From contig OZ249436.1 in the NCBI GenBank assembly GCA_965235115.1, forward strand, positions 37,698,001-37,762,000: a stretch of DNA of 64,000 bases. The letters run 5' to 3'. The notes under the pieces were generated by a model. That model was not told the origin of the DNA. It saw only the letters and a list, made by a program, of their open reading frames with translations, and did no database searches. This DNA comes from Laetmonice hystrix. Its lineage: Eukaryota. The position numbers and the translations under genes are program-made. Of this stretch, positions 23,901 to 64,000 are shown one piece after another; the stretch's first letter is position 1, and each line of letters begins with the position of its first letter.

Positions 23901-24339
23901 GAGTGTGGCTTCAAAAAAGCACGTTGAACAAATCGATTGTTATCCCTTCAGCTGCTAGTCGCACGAACCTGCGCTGAACGCTACTAAATAGTTGCGCTGA
24001 ACGTTACTAAACAGTGTCCTCTTATATGAAATATGTAGATGAAGATTGCAAGCAACGTAGGAGAAACGACGAAAATGTTTAGGCCTACGTTTTTCTACCT
24101 TTGACAGCTTTGTGATTACTAAGGATCCATCGCATCATAGCAGACCATGGCCTCTGAAAATGTTCTAACCAAATGTAACATGTTCTTCTCTTTAGGAAAC
24201 CACTCTTCTGGGAGACATAGGAGGGTTATTCGGTTTCTACCTCGGCCTTTCCGTCGTCGCAATGTTTGAATTTGCTGCCCTGGTTATTGATGTCATAGGA
24301 ACATTTGCTGCCACCCTGTTTACCTCAAAACGAAGATAA
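2771..24339 (+). CDS. DEG/ENaC (amiloride-sensitive sodium channel family) subunit, 13 exons, ~513 aa
   Basis: Phase-consistent exons: 2771-2981, 4441-4573, 4941-5022, 14525-14670, 15028-15134, 17952-18115, 19469-19588, 20266-20413, 20837-20909, 21513-21570, 21855-21934, 22098-22173, 24196-24339 (1542 nt, ATG to TAA). Family motifs: TM1 (RKLCWIVIVLAG), FPAVTLCNVNIVRKSQL, GHQ..MILDCSFGG..C, YGNCYVFN, GVRILVHDQ..MPFP, Cys-rich thumb, TM2 LLGDIGGLFGFYLGLS..FE. The exon 3 donor (5022 vs 5041) and small finger-domain exons are less certain. Confidence 0.93.
4441..4573 (+). CDS. DEG/ENaC exon 2 (end of TM1, FPAVTLCN motif)
   Basis: Acceptor TTTTCCTCCTGCAG; reads GLTILQVIYTFRKYYSYPV...FPAVTLCNVNIVR; donor AG|GTACGG. 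Confidence 0.93.
4941..5022 (+). CDS. DEG/ENaC exon 3 (finger domain)
   Basis: Acceptor TTTGTATTATTTAAG continues NIV-R-KSQLSQLGRAFDHLL. Donor CTG|GTACGT (phase 0) joins 14525 in frame; an alternative donor exists at 5041. Confidence 0.7.
5061..5263. mobile_element. Degenerate hAT-like MITE
   Basis: Imperfect termini CAGGGGTGCCCAA / TTGGCCACCTCTG with internal GATCGAC motifs. TSD not clear. Confidence 0.45.
6477..12316. repeat. Intronic minisatellite, 46-bp unit with 42-bp variants, roughly 125-130 copies
   Basis: Unit GGAAGCCATGGTCTCCGCTGTCATTGGTGGGTGTACTGTGAGCGGT repeated head to tail. Variant units recur in blocks. Copy number estimated from array length. Confidence 0.98.
13926..14360. 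mobile_element. MITE containing two ~80-bp hairpin mini-elements (PIF/Harbinger-like)
   Basis: Outer TIR CTGTATCCTCACTGGAC / GTCCAGTGGGGATACAG. Inner palindromic units at 14001-14080 and 14172-14252 (AGGCCTGAACCCACTAGCGCGTTTT...AAAACGCGCTAGTGGGTTCAGGCCT) with TAA-like flanks. Confidence 0.75.
14525..15134 (+). CDS. DEG/ENaC exons 4-5 (14525-14670, 15028-15134), joined by a GC-AG intron
   Basis: Reads ISSADRAEVREKFSREWALLNASTKMAAGHQKEAMILDCSFGGTACGPK|NFTQFLNPYYGNCYVFNAGWDGTPLLKTHRPGPFYG. Neither exon appears in the ORF track in this frame. Confidence 0.9.
15830..16252. repeat. Degenerate repeat of short palindromic units (GAGGCTAGCCTCAAAACAC / GTGTTTT)
   Basis: Recurrent GCTAGC-centred motifs in both orientations; two similar blocks at ~16044-16125 and ~16130-16225. 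Confidence 0.6.
17721..17846. mobile_element. Palindromic MITE (PIF/Harbinger-like)
   Basis: Near-perfect foldback GGCCCGGTTCACAAACAAAGTCAAGTCAATTTTACTT...AAGTAAAATTGACTTGACTTTGTTTGTGAACCGGGCC. Confidence 0.85.
17952..22173 (+). CDS. DEG/ENaC exons 6-12 (palm, beta-ball, thumb, knuckle)
   Basis: Seven GT-AG exons with matching phases: GLTLELYLEQ...ISPGFMTLVALRM | SRIIRLPHPYPSKC...YTQQ | GCLKTCYQ...CSCTDP | DHCEDRIQ...CNCSLPC | SETTF...ADWPN | GMYF... | RSNLARVQIFLERLNQERIEETVGFT. Confidence 0.92.
18466..18911. mobile_element. Diverged foldback element (~200-bp arms)
   Basis: The arms TTCACGATTATC...CAATGACTCCAAAATG...GGCATTGACTTGAA and TTCAAGTCAATGCC...CATTTTGGAGTCATTGGATAATCGTGAA are reverse complements. 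A related fragment lies at ~19663-19732. Confidence 0.8.
20520..20627. mobile_element. Small MITE (PIF/Harbinger-like)
   Basis: TIR GGCCCATTCATAGT / ACTATGAATGGGCC with TAA flanks. Confidence 0.65.
21095..21359. mobile_element. MITE of a GGCGGATC...GATCCGCC family
   Basis: Termini GGCGGATCTAAGG / CCTTGATCCGCCCCT with internal G/C runs. Related copies at ~19814-19929, ~38184-38341 and ~61471-61640. Confidence 0.6.
23471..23871. mobile_element. Non-autonomous TIR element with 9-bp TSD (Mutator/MULE-like), copy 2
   Basis: Same termini as 1684-2058. TSD TCCAACTCC at 23462-23470 and 23872-23880. Confidence 0.85.
24196..24339 (+). CDS. DEG/ENaC last coding exon (TM2, selectivity filter)
   Basis: Acceptor TTCTTCTCTTTAG; reads ETTLLGDIGGLFGFYLGLSVVAMFEFAALVIDV...SKRR*. 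AATAAA at 24340-24345. Confidence 0.92.
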   Translation, partial: ETTLLGDIGGLFGFYLGLSVVAMFEFAALVIDVIGTFAATLFTSKRR

Positions 24340-26250
24340 AATAAACGTACGAAAGAAGCCACCGGCCCTGTATCCATCGCTCAGAGGCCCTAAAAGAAAC
24401 CTCGATTCCTGATCCGAGAAAAGATACCAGAGGAAACTCCCACGTGAACAGACATAGACAGAGTCTTGGCCTACGTCCCTTGGCGGACAGCATCTCACAG
24501 GAGTCGGTGATTAAACAAATAAAACGAGCACGTTTGATGATTCCCCGGATAGGCCCCTCTCTATACGGACGCCACCAACCAAGGCCCAGAGCTCATTCGG
24601 CCAACCTCGGGACTGTTCGGGACAGATACTCTCGGCCCTCGCACGGTCGTCACCATGTTGGATCTTCTTTTATCACGTGACACAACGTGGTCAACATGGC
24701 AACGGCCGACACACCGACAAAGGTGAAAGACAAGCAGTGTCTGGCTTGTTTAAAAGCAGATCTCCGCTTGATACCTGTGACAAGTGAAAGAAAATCTATT
24801 CAGGTCTCTATAGATACTTTTTTAGATGTTGACATTCCTATTGGCATTATTTATCGTCAGACGGAGGTCAACGTTCGTCCCACGGACGCGCTGACTCACT
24901 CGGGATTCCCTCGGGATTCCTTCCGGCGTATGACGTCATTTCTTATGTTGACGCAAGCTAGTCGTATGATTTCATAAATACTGCAAAACTGAATGTGTCG
25001 CGGCTGCTAAGAACGATGGAGACTGCAAATCTTCGGAAATTAGCCATCTTTACCGATGAACAATCCCGCGTTAGGTCGAATACCGACGATCTATTAGGCC
25101 CCTAACTACTTTGCGCAGTACGCGAGTTGTGATGTGCCCAAACCCGTGGAATCTCTGTCATATCACTACGGCTTGCGAGATCCGAGACCACAACTAGCGA
25201 AGCGACCGGAAGTTGGGCCGAGGTGTTCGGAATGGCCCAAAGCTATCAATACCTAAGGACCAGGATTTATGTATATTAAAAACCCCTTCTCCAGTCTTCA
25301 AGGCTTCAAGTTTGGTCAGTCAATGGCATTTGCTGCTTGTTGGGTGTTCTGGGGGGGGGGGTCAAGTAAAATTTTATACACGAAATCTACATTGCTACTT
25401 AGAAAACCAAGTACTCTGTTAAAATTCAAATTATTGCACTTTATTCAAATGATGACATTTAACATGCAGCTTGCTGCAGGTGGTTTAATTGTGTAAATCC
25501 ATTCTTTCACATCTTCACGAGTTTCACAACCTATCGAATAATTATCCAGTATCGCCAAGCAATTACTACAATTAAGTATACAAGGTAGATAGGCTTCTAT
25601 ACGCAAGGTCCCAGACCCTGCAGAAACCCTCTGGTACGAACGAGATGAAACGTCAAGGTATCGTGTTATAGTCGTCCGACAAACAGTCAGCTAGTTGCTA
25701 AGGGCATGTTCGACCTTCAAATCATAAATTAATGGTAGACAAAGGCATTCTTATGTACAACAAAGAGACATAGTATTGCAAGGCCACTGCATTTACAAGG
25801 GACAAAGTATTCCAATGCGACTATATGCATTGTCTAGTATACTCGTACGATGATTGCTGTTTGGCCAAGACGTGTCATTGATTCCGACAGACTGGCTCTA
25901 GATGTCTCTATATGAACAAACTTTTGGTCACTTTATACAATTATTATCGAATACTATAAAATAAACCTAGTTAGTCATATATCACCAGTTTGAGCTACAA
26001 ATAAAAAAATATGATTTCCTGGATATCTTCCTATTTTGATGGTAATGTTAGAATAAAGTATCGTACAGAAATGGCTCTTCAACCTGTTACATGTCGACAT
26101 CTACTGATAACCAAAATGTAAAAATCGCTAATAAATTTGGTGAAAACTGAGATTTTCAATGCAAGTATTACCGGTATTGACACCACAAACTCCTTACCTG
26201 CCGATTTCACATTTTCAGAGTGACACACGTACGAAAACCTTTAGATGCCA

Positions 26251-26559
26251 CGTTCCCACGGTCATGAAAAGTCATGGAAAATGAAATTTGGTTTTCCAGG
26301 CCTGGAACAGTCATGGAAAATAGAAAAACGCGGGAAAATCATGAAAAAGTCCTTGCATTTGAGATTTCTCTTGAACTTCATTTTCGTTTCTGTTAGGTCT
26401 AAATTGTACGACGTAGGGGCCTACATGAGGACAATTCTGGGATTTTAGTGTATATTGTCTTAATTTTATCCGGAATTGGTCATGGAATCTGGCAGTCTTG
26501 TTCTGGAAAATCATGGACAGTCATGAAAATTCAATGTAGCCAACCTGTGGCAACCCTGT
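26251..26559. mobile_element. Degenerate hAT-like MITE with GTCATGGAA sub-repeats
   Basis: Reads GTTCCCACGGTCATGAAAAGTCATGGAAA...TGTGGCAACCCTG; the left terminus is decayed. Confidence 0.5.
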
Positions 26560-28644
26560 ACCAGTAATAATGGTTCAGGCAATGGGATGCTGAGCCACTG
26601 TTTTAAAAACTCAGGCAATTCCGATAAATTTCCGACACAATACGCTAGGCCCTACACTTAGCTTCGTAGAAATATAGAACTTTCATATATAAAAATATAT
26701 CACTTCATCAGAAATCCATAAACTGTACACAATTGCTTTCATTTGAGCGCCACGCGCCGCATATTTAGGCTTACAAGTTATATAGCCTTTTAACATCCCA
26801 TGATGAAACTACGCGAAATTCTGCAAATACAATGCGGTCTCACTCTTTCTTTACATGGTCACTATCCTGCATGTAATTACACGCTAACGCCACTTATGCC
26901 TTCGGTTTAGTATAATGCCCGTGACTTGGAAAAGAAAAAGTATACCCAAGTTTGTTTTTTTTTTGAGAATTCCTGTTCCTGCAAGTCAATTCTCATTGGA
27001 TATAAAATTTCTGAAAAAAAGTAAAAATGACGAATCTTTTAAAGCAGATAGGCTGATATGTTGTAATAATATAAACATAAGCATATTTTGACAACATGGA
27101 ATTCCTTCTACCTCCCGTATGTTTTTGCTGCGACTTTTGACATAAACCTTTGTATCAGAGAAATTTTGCTTACCGTTTGATGTCACAGCACATTAAATGC
27201 GGTTATGGTGACTAAAGAGAAGCATACCCTGATCAGAGTATACTGCACACCAACCAGGCCGTTATCGAGTCGTTAATTTCATTCCCTAAACGTCTAGGGA
27301 CCGTGACAAAGAAACCAATATTTAGCGCACTTACGTTAACCACTTGTTTACTGAATCGACCGTCATTTCCTGGTTAGTGCGACTACTGTCTGTGACCACT
27401 AACTGATCGGTTTCATATTCATTCGATACGTCTTCACAACATTGTGTGACTGCTCACCATTTTTTGCGCTTCATCGCAGCGTAAATATTACATGAGGAAA
27501 CATTGAGACAGCAAAAAATAAACACCAGAAGGTGAGAATGCAGCGTTAGCAGACGACGACTGCTTGCGGATGTCCGAGACACACAAGAACAATATACAAG
27601 ATCCTATATCACGGTTTACCGGTATACATGCTTTGGATCTACAGTACAAATCTTTCCTTTTTTGGTACTCGTCTCAATGTTGCTGTCCGGATACTATAGG
27701 CCTACACAATCGGCCTACAATTAGATTCTCCATGTTTCTCAAAGGAATAACCTACCACCTGAAACAGTGTAGCGAATATATATCATGTGTATCATGTGTA
27801 GATCTACATGTATTTGTTATACATGGATACAAGTATCAACGTGATTGTTAAAGTGAAGTTGCATATGCAACTTCACTTTAACATGATGGAAGGGGGTTTC
27901 GTGCTGAATATCGATAAGCACAATGTTGTCTTTCTAGTTTATACTGGGAAGAAAGTTAGAAGTATAATACGGCCAAGAAAATTGATGATTGTGATATAAA
28001 GTTTCCTTTTTGCAAAATGGAAAACGTTATTAGGATATGATTTAATATAACAAAAGCTTTTATCCAATCCTACCCTATATCACGTCGATTATAGTACACT
28101 GAGATTTAATATAATAATAAAACTTTTAAAACAATAATGAAGGACCCTTTATAAGCCTTCAAGAAAGGTTCCTCTTGGACCATTTCATAAATCAAAATAA
28201 GCAAGCACATTTGGGATGGACATGACCTTTGAGCAAAAAATACCCCATCACATTTTTTTTTAAATCTTTGCGATTTTTCCTCTTATTAAGGGTTGATACA
28301 TATATTATATTTCAAGGATTCTCTGGGGGGTATTTTATATTATTCTGAGGTCTTTTCGGGGTGCTGAAGGATCTGTGCAGTCCTGTACATGTATATCACA
28401 CCGACAGAGTTTAACCTGGATGCAGACAATACGGAATCTTAAGTAAGTAGCAGCCTTTTGTAGTATGTACAGTATAGATCCAGCTGCATCGTCACTACCC
28501 TTGAGATCCCGTTGGGGCAAAGTAAGTTTCCGTGCCTCATCGTACACGTGGAAATTGTAAACTTCCCCTTTTACCCTTTATCGGAGATCCCCCCGGGAAG
28601 CTATCTAAACTATAACTAAACTATCCGTCAATATTCTGATCAGG

Positions 28645-58610
<29,966 letters not shown>

Positions 58611-59546
58611 ATCCCCTCTTGTTCTGCCTTTACGACCACATATGAAGTTATATTCCACTCGCATTGAACAAAAATTAGTTCTCAAGCAGCGTATCTCGTT
58701 CCTGCGTCCACTCCTCTATAACTGGGACTTTTGTGTTGTCTCTGCCTCGGCCAGAAACGGGCGAAGTCAGCCGGAACGTAGGCCTACCTCACTGCCTGCA
58801 CCGTAGAATCCGGAGACTGTCCAAAACCAGGTCATGTAATTCAGAGCGTGCACAATTATTATTCTATGGGGTAGAGAGGTGGGCCAGGCAGGTAGCCTCG
58901 CGTTGGTCAGAGTGTAAGCAAAACCCCGGCTCGACTTCCTTCTCTGTTTGTCCCCACGGAGATCCCTGACAGACTGGTGTGGGGACGCGTCACTCGGGGA
59001 GATCTACCGCTAGGACTGAGTTCCTCCATGTATTCGTCATGTATAAGCCTGGCCTTTTAAAAATATGTCAGGCAGGTCTGTACTTTGCATTGTGTTGTGT
59101 GTGTTTTTCTTTTTAAATGCACGGCCATCAGGTGTAATCCAGTTACTTTGAGAATGTCCGGAAAGAGAAAAGTTGTATAGTCCTCTATACTGGAATCGAA
59201 CCCGTCCAAGATTAGAACTACTGCACCCATTCGCATAGCTGTCGGGGGGGGGGGGGGGAGGGGGGGTACATGGGGTATGTGTCGGGGTGTTCGTGTGTTC
59301 GCATAGGGCCTGATTAAAAAAAATTGGAAGGAGATCCACGACTTATTGTAAAAGTCCCCCCCCCCCCCAGATAGACCACATTCAAAATTATCCCGAGTTC
59401 CCTGGTCTTAAGGATAAGCAAAAGTCCATGAAAGCATCTGGAATATGAATTGTGTTTGCAAGAACATGTATAGGCCTATAGGGCAATATAGGCCTATGAC
59501 TGTCAAGGTACACTTTGTAGGTGAATGCAGTGGGTTGATGGTTTAA

Positions 59547-60074
59547 AGGGGCATGCTATGGAACACGTTTTGGAGGATTTCCAGCAATTATCCAACATGA
59601 CCGTGTACTAGGGATCCACATAAATAATTCTACCACAGCATTTTGTCCTCCGACGTGTTTTCGCTGCGTATGCAGCACAAGTAGGTTCTATACAACCAAA
59701 CGCATAGATTTCTCCCAATAGCACATCTCCCGCCATAATTTGGTAGACAACCTCCCATCAACCCGTGTAATTGCATACTGCGTCACATCCTGCGTGTGCA
59801 CTCTCTGCATGTACTTAGCCACGTGCTTCGCTTAGTTGTAAACAATTCAGCAGTTGCACTCGATCGTTCGGCATCAGAATGCCACCCAAAAAATATTTTA
59901 CGAAATCGACAGAGAAGCGGGCAAGGGAGATTCATAAACTTCGATTTTTCACGCAAATTGAAACTGATAAGTCTGTCTTTGTTTACCAAGCAATTTTAAT
60001 GAAGGGTATCTTTATGAAAACAGCAAAAGTTCTTTGAAATACCGATTTTTCACGTTTCCTCATAATATGCCCCT
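59547..60074. mobile_element. Non-autonomous DNA transposon, Kolobok-like (TTAA TSD)
   Basis: Reads TTAA|AGGGGCATGCTATG...CATAATATGCCCCT|TTAA. Confidence 0.7.
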
Positions 60075-60647
60075 TTAACGTCCTGTCTAAATGTTTGCCA
60101 TCTTCACGACCGGAATGACTCGAGTCCTTTAGTTTTTTTTATCCCGGTCCTCCGACGCGAAAGAACGGGATGTTGAAATTGTATGGGCTTTAGGGAATTT
60201 AGGTGAATATCTCTCTTATTTTTCAAGAGATCTGGATGAAACTTGGTGGGCCTATTCTTCATTACAAATAAGCAAGTTATTCCATAGATCATAACGTTTC
60301 CAAAAGTGGCTTTCTTTTAACGATAGGCTTATTCCTTATAGTTATACTTGTAGCGAGCTTTGTTTGGAAATAAGTCCGAAAACTTCGACATTGACGTTAA
60401 ACATCTCAACATATGACCAGATTCGGATATAACCTCCGTCGCATTAGACCTTGACGGTGATTCTTACCCAGGCCGTTTTTTTTATACTCCTATACTCTAA
60501 TAACATGTCTAGTTTCTAAACATGCATGCAGTTTTGAAAGCATAATAAAACGAGAACTAAACTTTTCGCCGGCCTCCCAGGTTCCCAGTTTGTGGTGTCG
60601 GTCTCCTTACATCACATCTGCATGGCGATGACGGGAATGGCGTAATC

Positions 60648-60875
60648 AGCGTAACCCAACACCCAGTGAACCTATCATATTATCATCAAACGTAAAGAGG
60701 GTGGTGTACCGAAGGGCGTATACCATGTCCCATGCAGCCCACTCGTGTTTTGCTGGATACGGATTCAGCAAAAAAAATTCATGGGCCATGGGATAGATCT
60801 ACGCCTTCCCGTATAGGCTACACCACACTCTTTACGTTCGATCTATGATAGGTTCACTCGGTGTTGGGTTACGCT
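60648..60875. mobile_element. Foldback MITE; a second, truncated copy at ~62763-62978
   Basis: Arms AGCGTAACCCAACAC...AACGTAAAGAG / CTCTTTACGTT...GTGTTGGGTTACGCT. Confidence 0.75.
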
Positions 60876-63080
60876 TGTCAACCTCAGATTTTGTGGTGCT
60901 GATCTCCTTCTTAGACTCTACATCACAATTTATATCTTCATTGCGATGACGGGAATAGCGTTATCATGGCGTTAGTCAGTACTGGGTAGTGTATTTCATG
61001 CCAAGGGCCTTGAGTTCGAATTCCACCCATGAAATTTTACTTTAACATTTTTATTTTTATATTTTGTAATTCGAGGAATCTGGGTGAATCTCACTCTCAC
61101 TTTTGGATAGATTATCTAGATAAAACCTGGTGGGAATATTGACCATGACGTAGTTTGTTTTATATGGCTGACGTTCTTTCAAGCCATACAAAGCCTTTCG
61201 AGATCTATAGGCCTACATCGAGGAACGGAATACCAATCTGCATGTCTATTTTTTTTAAACTATTGCAGGCCACTTGAGTATAACTTCTACAATTTGCATA
61301 GTTTGTCACTGATATTTAGGGCATCATGTTATGTGGTTAATAGCATTTTGTGGTGAAAATTTCAGGCAGATAGGCCAACAACTCTTTATGTGGAAACAAA
61401 TCAAACATTAGGCCTACATGTCACCTATATTTCAGTTGAAAAGCCAAAGATGATCGATGTGACCCCAATCCACTGGCGGATCCAGGGGGGTTCAGGGGTT
61501 TAACCCCACCCCCCTCAGAGCCACCAATTATAAGCGCCTACTGGACCCCACCCGTTAGGGCTCCCTCGCTTCGCGAGCTCGGCACTGTTGGCGTCTCTGT
61601 AACCCCCCACCCCCTTGGAAAAAACCTAGATCCACCCCTGCCATCAGTCCTGTTCACTGTGCACACAGCCCTTAGTCTAGTCTGATCTAGTCTCTTTTTA
61701 AATATCCCGATTGACTTCCTGACTTCTTCTAGGGCCTAGGCCCTAATTCCCTCCCATGCACTTTCCCTGAGTTTTCTTCTTTAGTCCGTGATTTTTTGTT
61801 TGCGACCTTTATAGTAGGCCCCTAGCCTAGACTTTTTCAGACAGGGAATCCCAAATGGTGTAATCGGGGTTTAGGCGGGACTGGCCACCAGTCATTTGAC
61901 GTCACGTCATTGAGACACAGTGGCAACAACACTGCCTTATGAACCAAGGAAACTGGGCCATTCAAAATATTAGACTCTATGACATTGGGATAAAAATTGT
62001 AGAAGTTATAAGCCTATAGTCAAGAAAAGAGTGTTCCACCCGATATGGCCTATAATGACAATGTCTTAGGTTTCACAACTGCACCCCTGCCCCCCCCCCC
62101 CCCCCCCGCTAGGTACGGCCCTGCTATCTAGGTTTCCATGATCTTGGCAGACGCTGCAGCCTACGTCAGTAGGCTACGTGACACATTTGACGTTGGCTAG
62201 GCCTCTCCGCGTGACGTGACGATGGTGACTGCATCGAAACAGACGACGGACGCGCTTCTAGACGATGTGCACAGATGGTGCCCATTCTTCAGTTCTGGCA
62301 TGACCCAGTACGGTGCCATACTTGAAGACTCCATCAAAGGCCCATAATAGTCTCATAGACATTGGACCGTAGTCTGAAAGACGTCAGTTATGCGACCGAT
62401 GTTCTTGTGTAGCACTGTACTAGGCCTATATACACGCATTTGGTGCACCGGAAGTGGGGAATAGCCCCGTTGTCTTTGTTCCGTTACGAATTATCGCATG
62501 CATGTAGGCCTATGGCGTTCTCGGCTTAGAATCAATTTTTACGTCTCAGTAGGCCTGCCTACCGTTCTGCTTGGGTAAGGCATGGGCCTAGGCTATAGAA
62601 AACTATCTGAGAAAATGATTAAAGGTTAAAAAAGGTTCAAGCAGGTGCTAACTAATGGAAATAGGCCTATAGGCTAGGCCTACCTTATAGGTTTGTAAAT
62701 GAGGACCTACACTACAGAGGCAACCCACCGCCTGATGTTGACCCAATAATCTGAGGTTGAAAAGCGTAACCCAACACATTAAGATCTAACGTAAAGAGGG
62801 CGGTGTACCGGAAGGCCTAGGCCTACCATGATGGCCCACAAGTTTTTTGCTGATAAGAGAGACCGGCCTCGAGACTGAGTGGTAGCCTAATAGGCCTACG
62901 GATCCAGCAAAACACCAGTGAGATGGTATAGATCTAGATCTACCTGCTATAGCCTACGCCTTCCCGTATAGCTACACCAACCGAGTTAGGCCGCCTTTCC
63001 ACTGACGCGGTTTTAGCCGGCCGGCTAGCCGGCCGGCAAGTATTTTTATATGAACCCGGCTGTGAAGCGGCTGCCGCTAA

Positions 63081-63894
63081 AGCTACTGTCCCACTGCGCC
63101 GTTTAACGATTCCGTCTGAAAAACCATAGACCTAGAGTTTGCTCAAGTCTCACGGCAATTTCGTGAGCAAAGCTCACCGTGAGCACTGCTCATAGTACAC
63201 AAAGGAACCGGTGGACCGTGAGCAGCTCACGAAAAGTGCTGCTCAGCTCACGAAAATGCTGCTCAGCTCACGAAAATTGCACAACGGAACCGGGCCCAGA
63301 GCTGAGCAAGGGTGAGCAGAAGCTCATGCTCACCGTTTTGCTCACTGTTTTCGTTTTTTGGGGTCTTTTTTCGTGAGCTTGCTCACCATGAGCACGCCTC
63401 ATGAAAACCTCAAAAAACACGAAAACGGTGAGAATGAGCTCATGCTCACCCTTGCTCAGCTCAGCTCACCCTTGCTCACGGTGGAAAAGTAAACCAAAAA
63501 ACCGGGCTGGGCCTTCTCGGCCCACAGAACGATCGATGTGGAATGTCCACGAGCTACGACTGTTGTGAGGAGGCGATGGGTGGAGCTTGGCCTTTTTTAA
63601 AGACGGAAACTGAATGGTGATAGACGTATTTCAGACGTTTTTCAGCCGTTTTGTTCGTTACTCATACTTAAGCAGACGTTAATCAGGCGTTCGATGTTCC
63701 GTAAGCTGGGCTGAATGAAGACGTTACTCATACTTAAGCAGACGTTTCCCAGACGTATTTAGACGTTACTTATGCTTTTCCATCTACCGTTCATGGCAAA
63801 AAAAAAAAGAATTTGCCGCCGTCTGACACCGTCTGGCGTAAATATTTAGACGGAGGTAGACGGAATCGTTAAACGGCAGTATGGGACAGGGGCT
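63081..63894. mobile_element. PIF/Harbinger-like MITE (TAA TSD) with nested GCTCAC/GTGAGC-rich foldback fragments
   Basis: Reads TAA|AGCTACTGTCCCACTGCGCCGTTTAACGATTCCGTCT...AGACGGAATCGTTAAACGGCAGTATGGGACAGGGGCT|TAA. Confidence 0.75.
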
Positions 63895-64000
63895 TAAGCG
63901 GTCCACTCATCAACAGTCTCATCAAAGAACCAAGCTGCCAAGCAAATTCTGGTGATAGCCCTAGATGCAACAAGTCATTGTTTTACCGATACAATAAATC

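Noticed and set aside
60965..61030. B-box-like GAGTTCGAATTCC suggesting a tRNA or SINE head
   Set aside because: No cloverleaf, a weak A-box and no second copy in the window.

Overview
Eukaryotic genomic DNA, most likely from an invertebrate animal (spliceosomal introns, metazoan gene families, dense MITEs). The species cannot be determined from the sequence. Two convergent multi-exon genes were reconstructed by hand from splice sites and reading-frame phase. (1) A DEG/ENaC-family sodium channel subunit on the + strand (2771-24339, 13 exons, ~513 aa), with one GC-AG intron and a 5.8-kb 46/42-bp minisatellite in an intron. (2) A receptor-type protein tyrosine phosphatase on the - strand (58610-28645, 26 exons, 999 aa) with the architecture signal peptide - WSC - five EGF-like Cys repeats - TM - active PTP D1 - degenerate PTP D2. 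The PTP intron 29237-37327 holds an apparently intact CR1/L2-group LINE: a stand-alone SGNH-esterase ORF, a 174-bp tandem array that is itself an open frame, an APE+RT ORF2, and an AATAAA-(CAA)n tail. A TIR DNA element with a target-site duplication (TSD) sits just upstream of the esterase ORF. Several intronic tandem repeats copy splice signals; the clearest is a 105-bp array that reiterates a real 3' splice site to form stop-containing pseudo-exons. Many non-autonomous TIR elements are present. No rRNA, clear tRNA gene or CRISPR array was seen.
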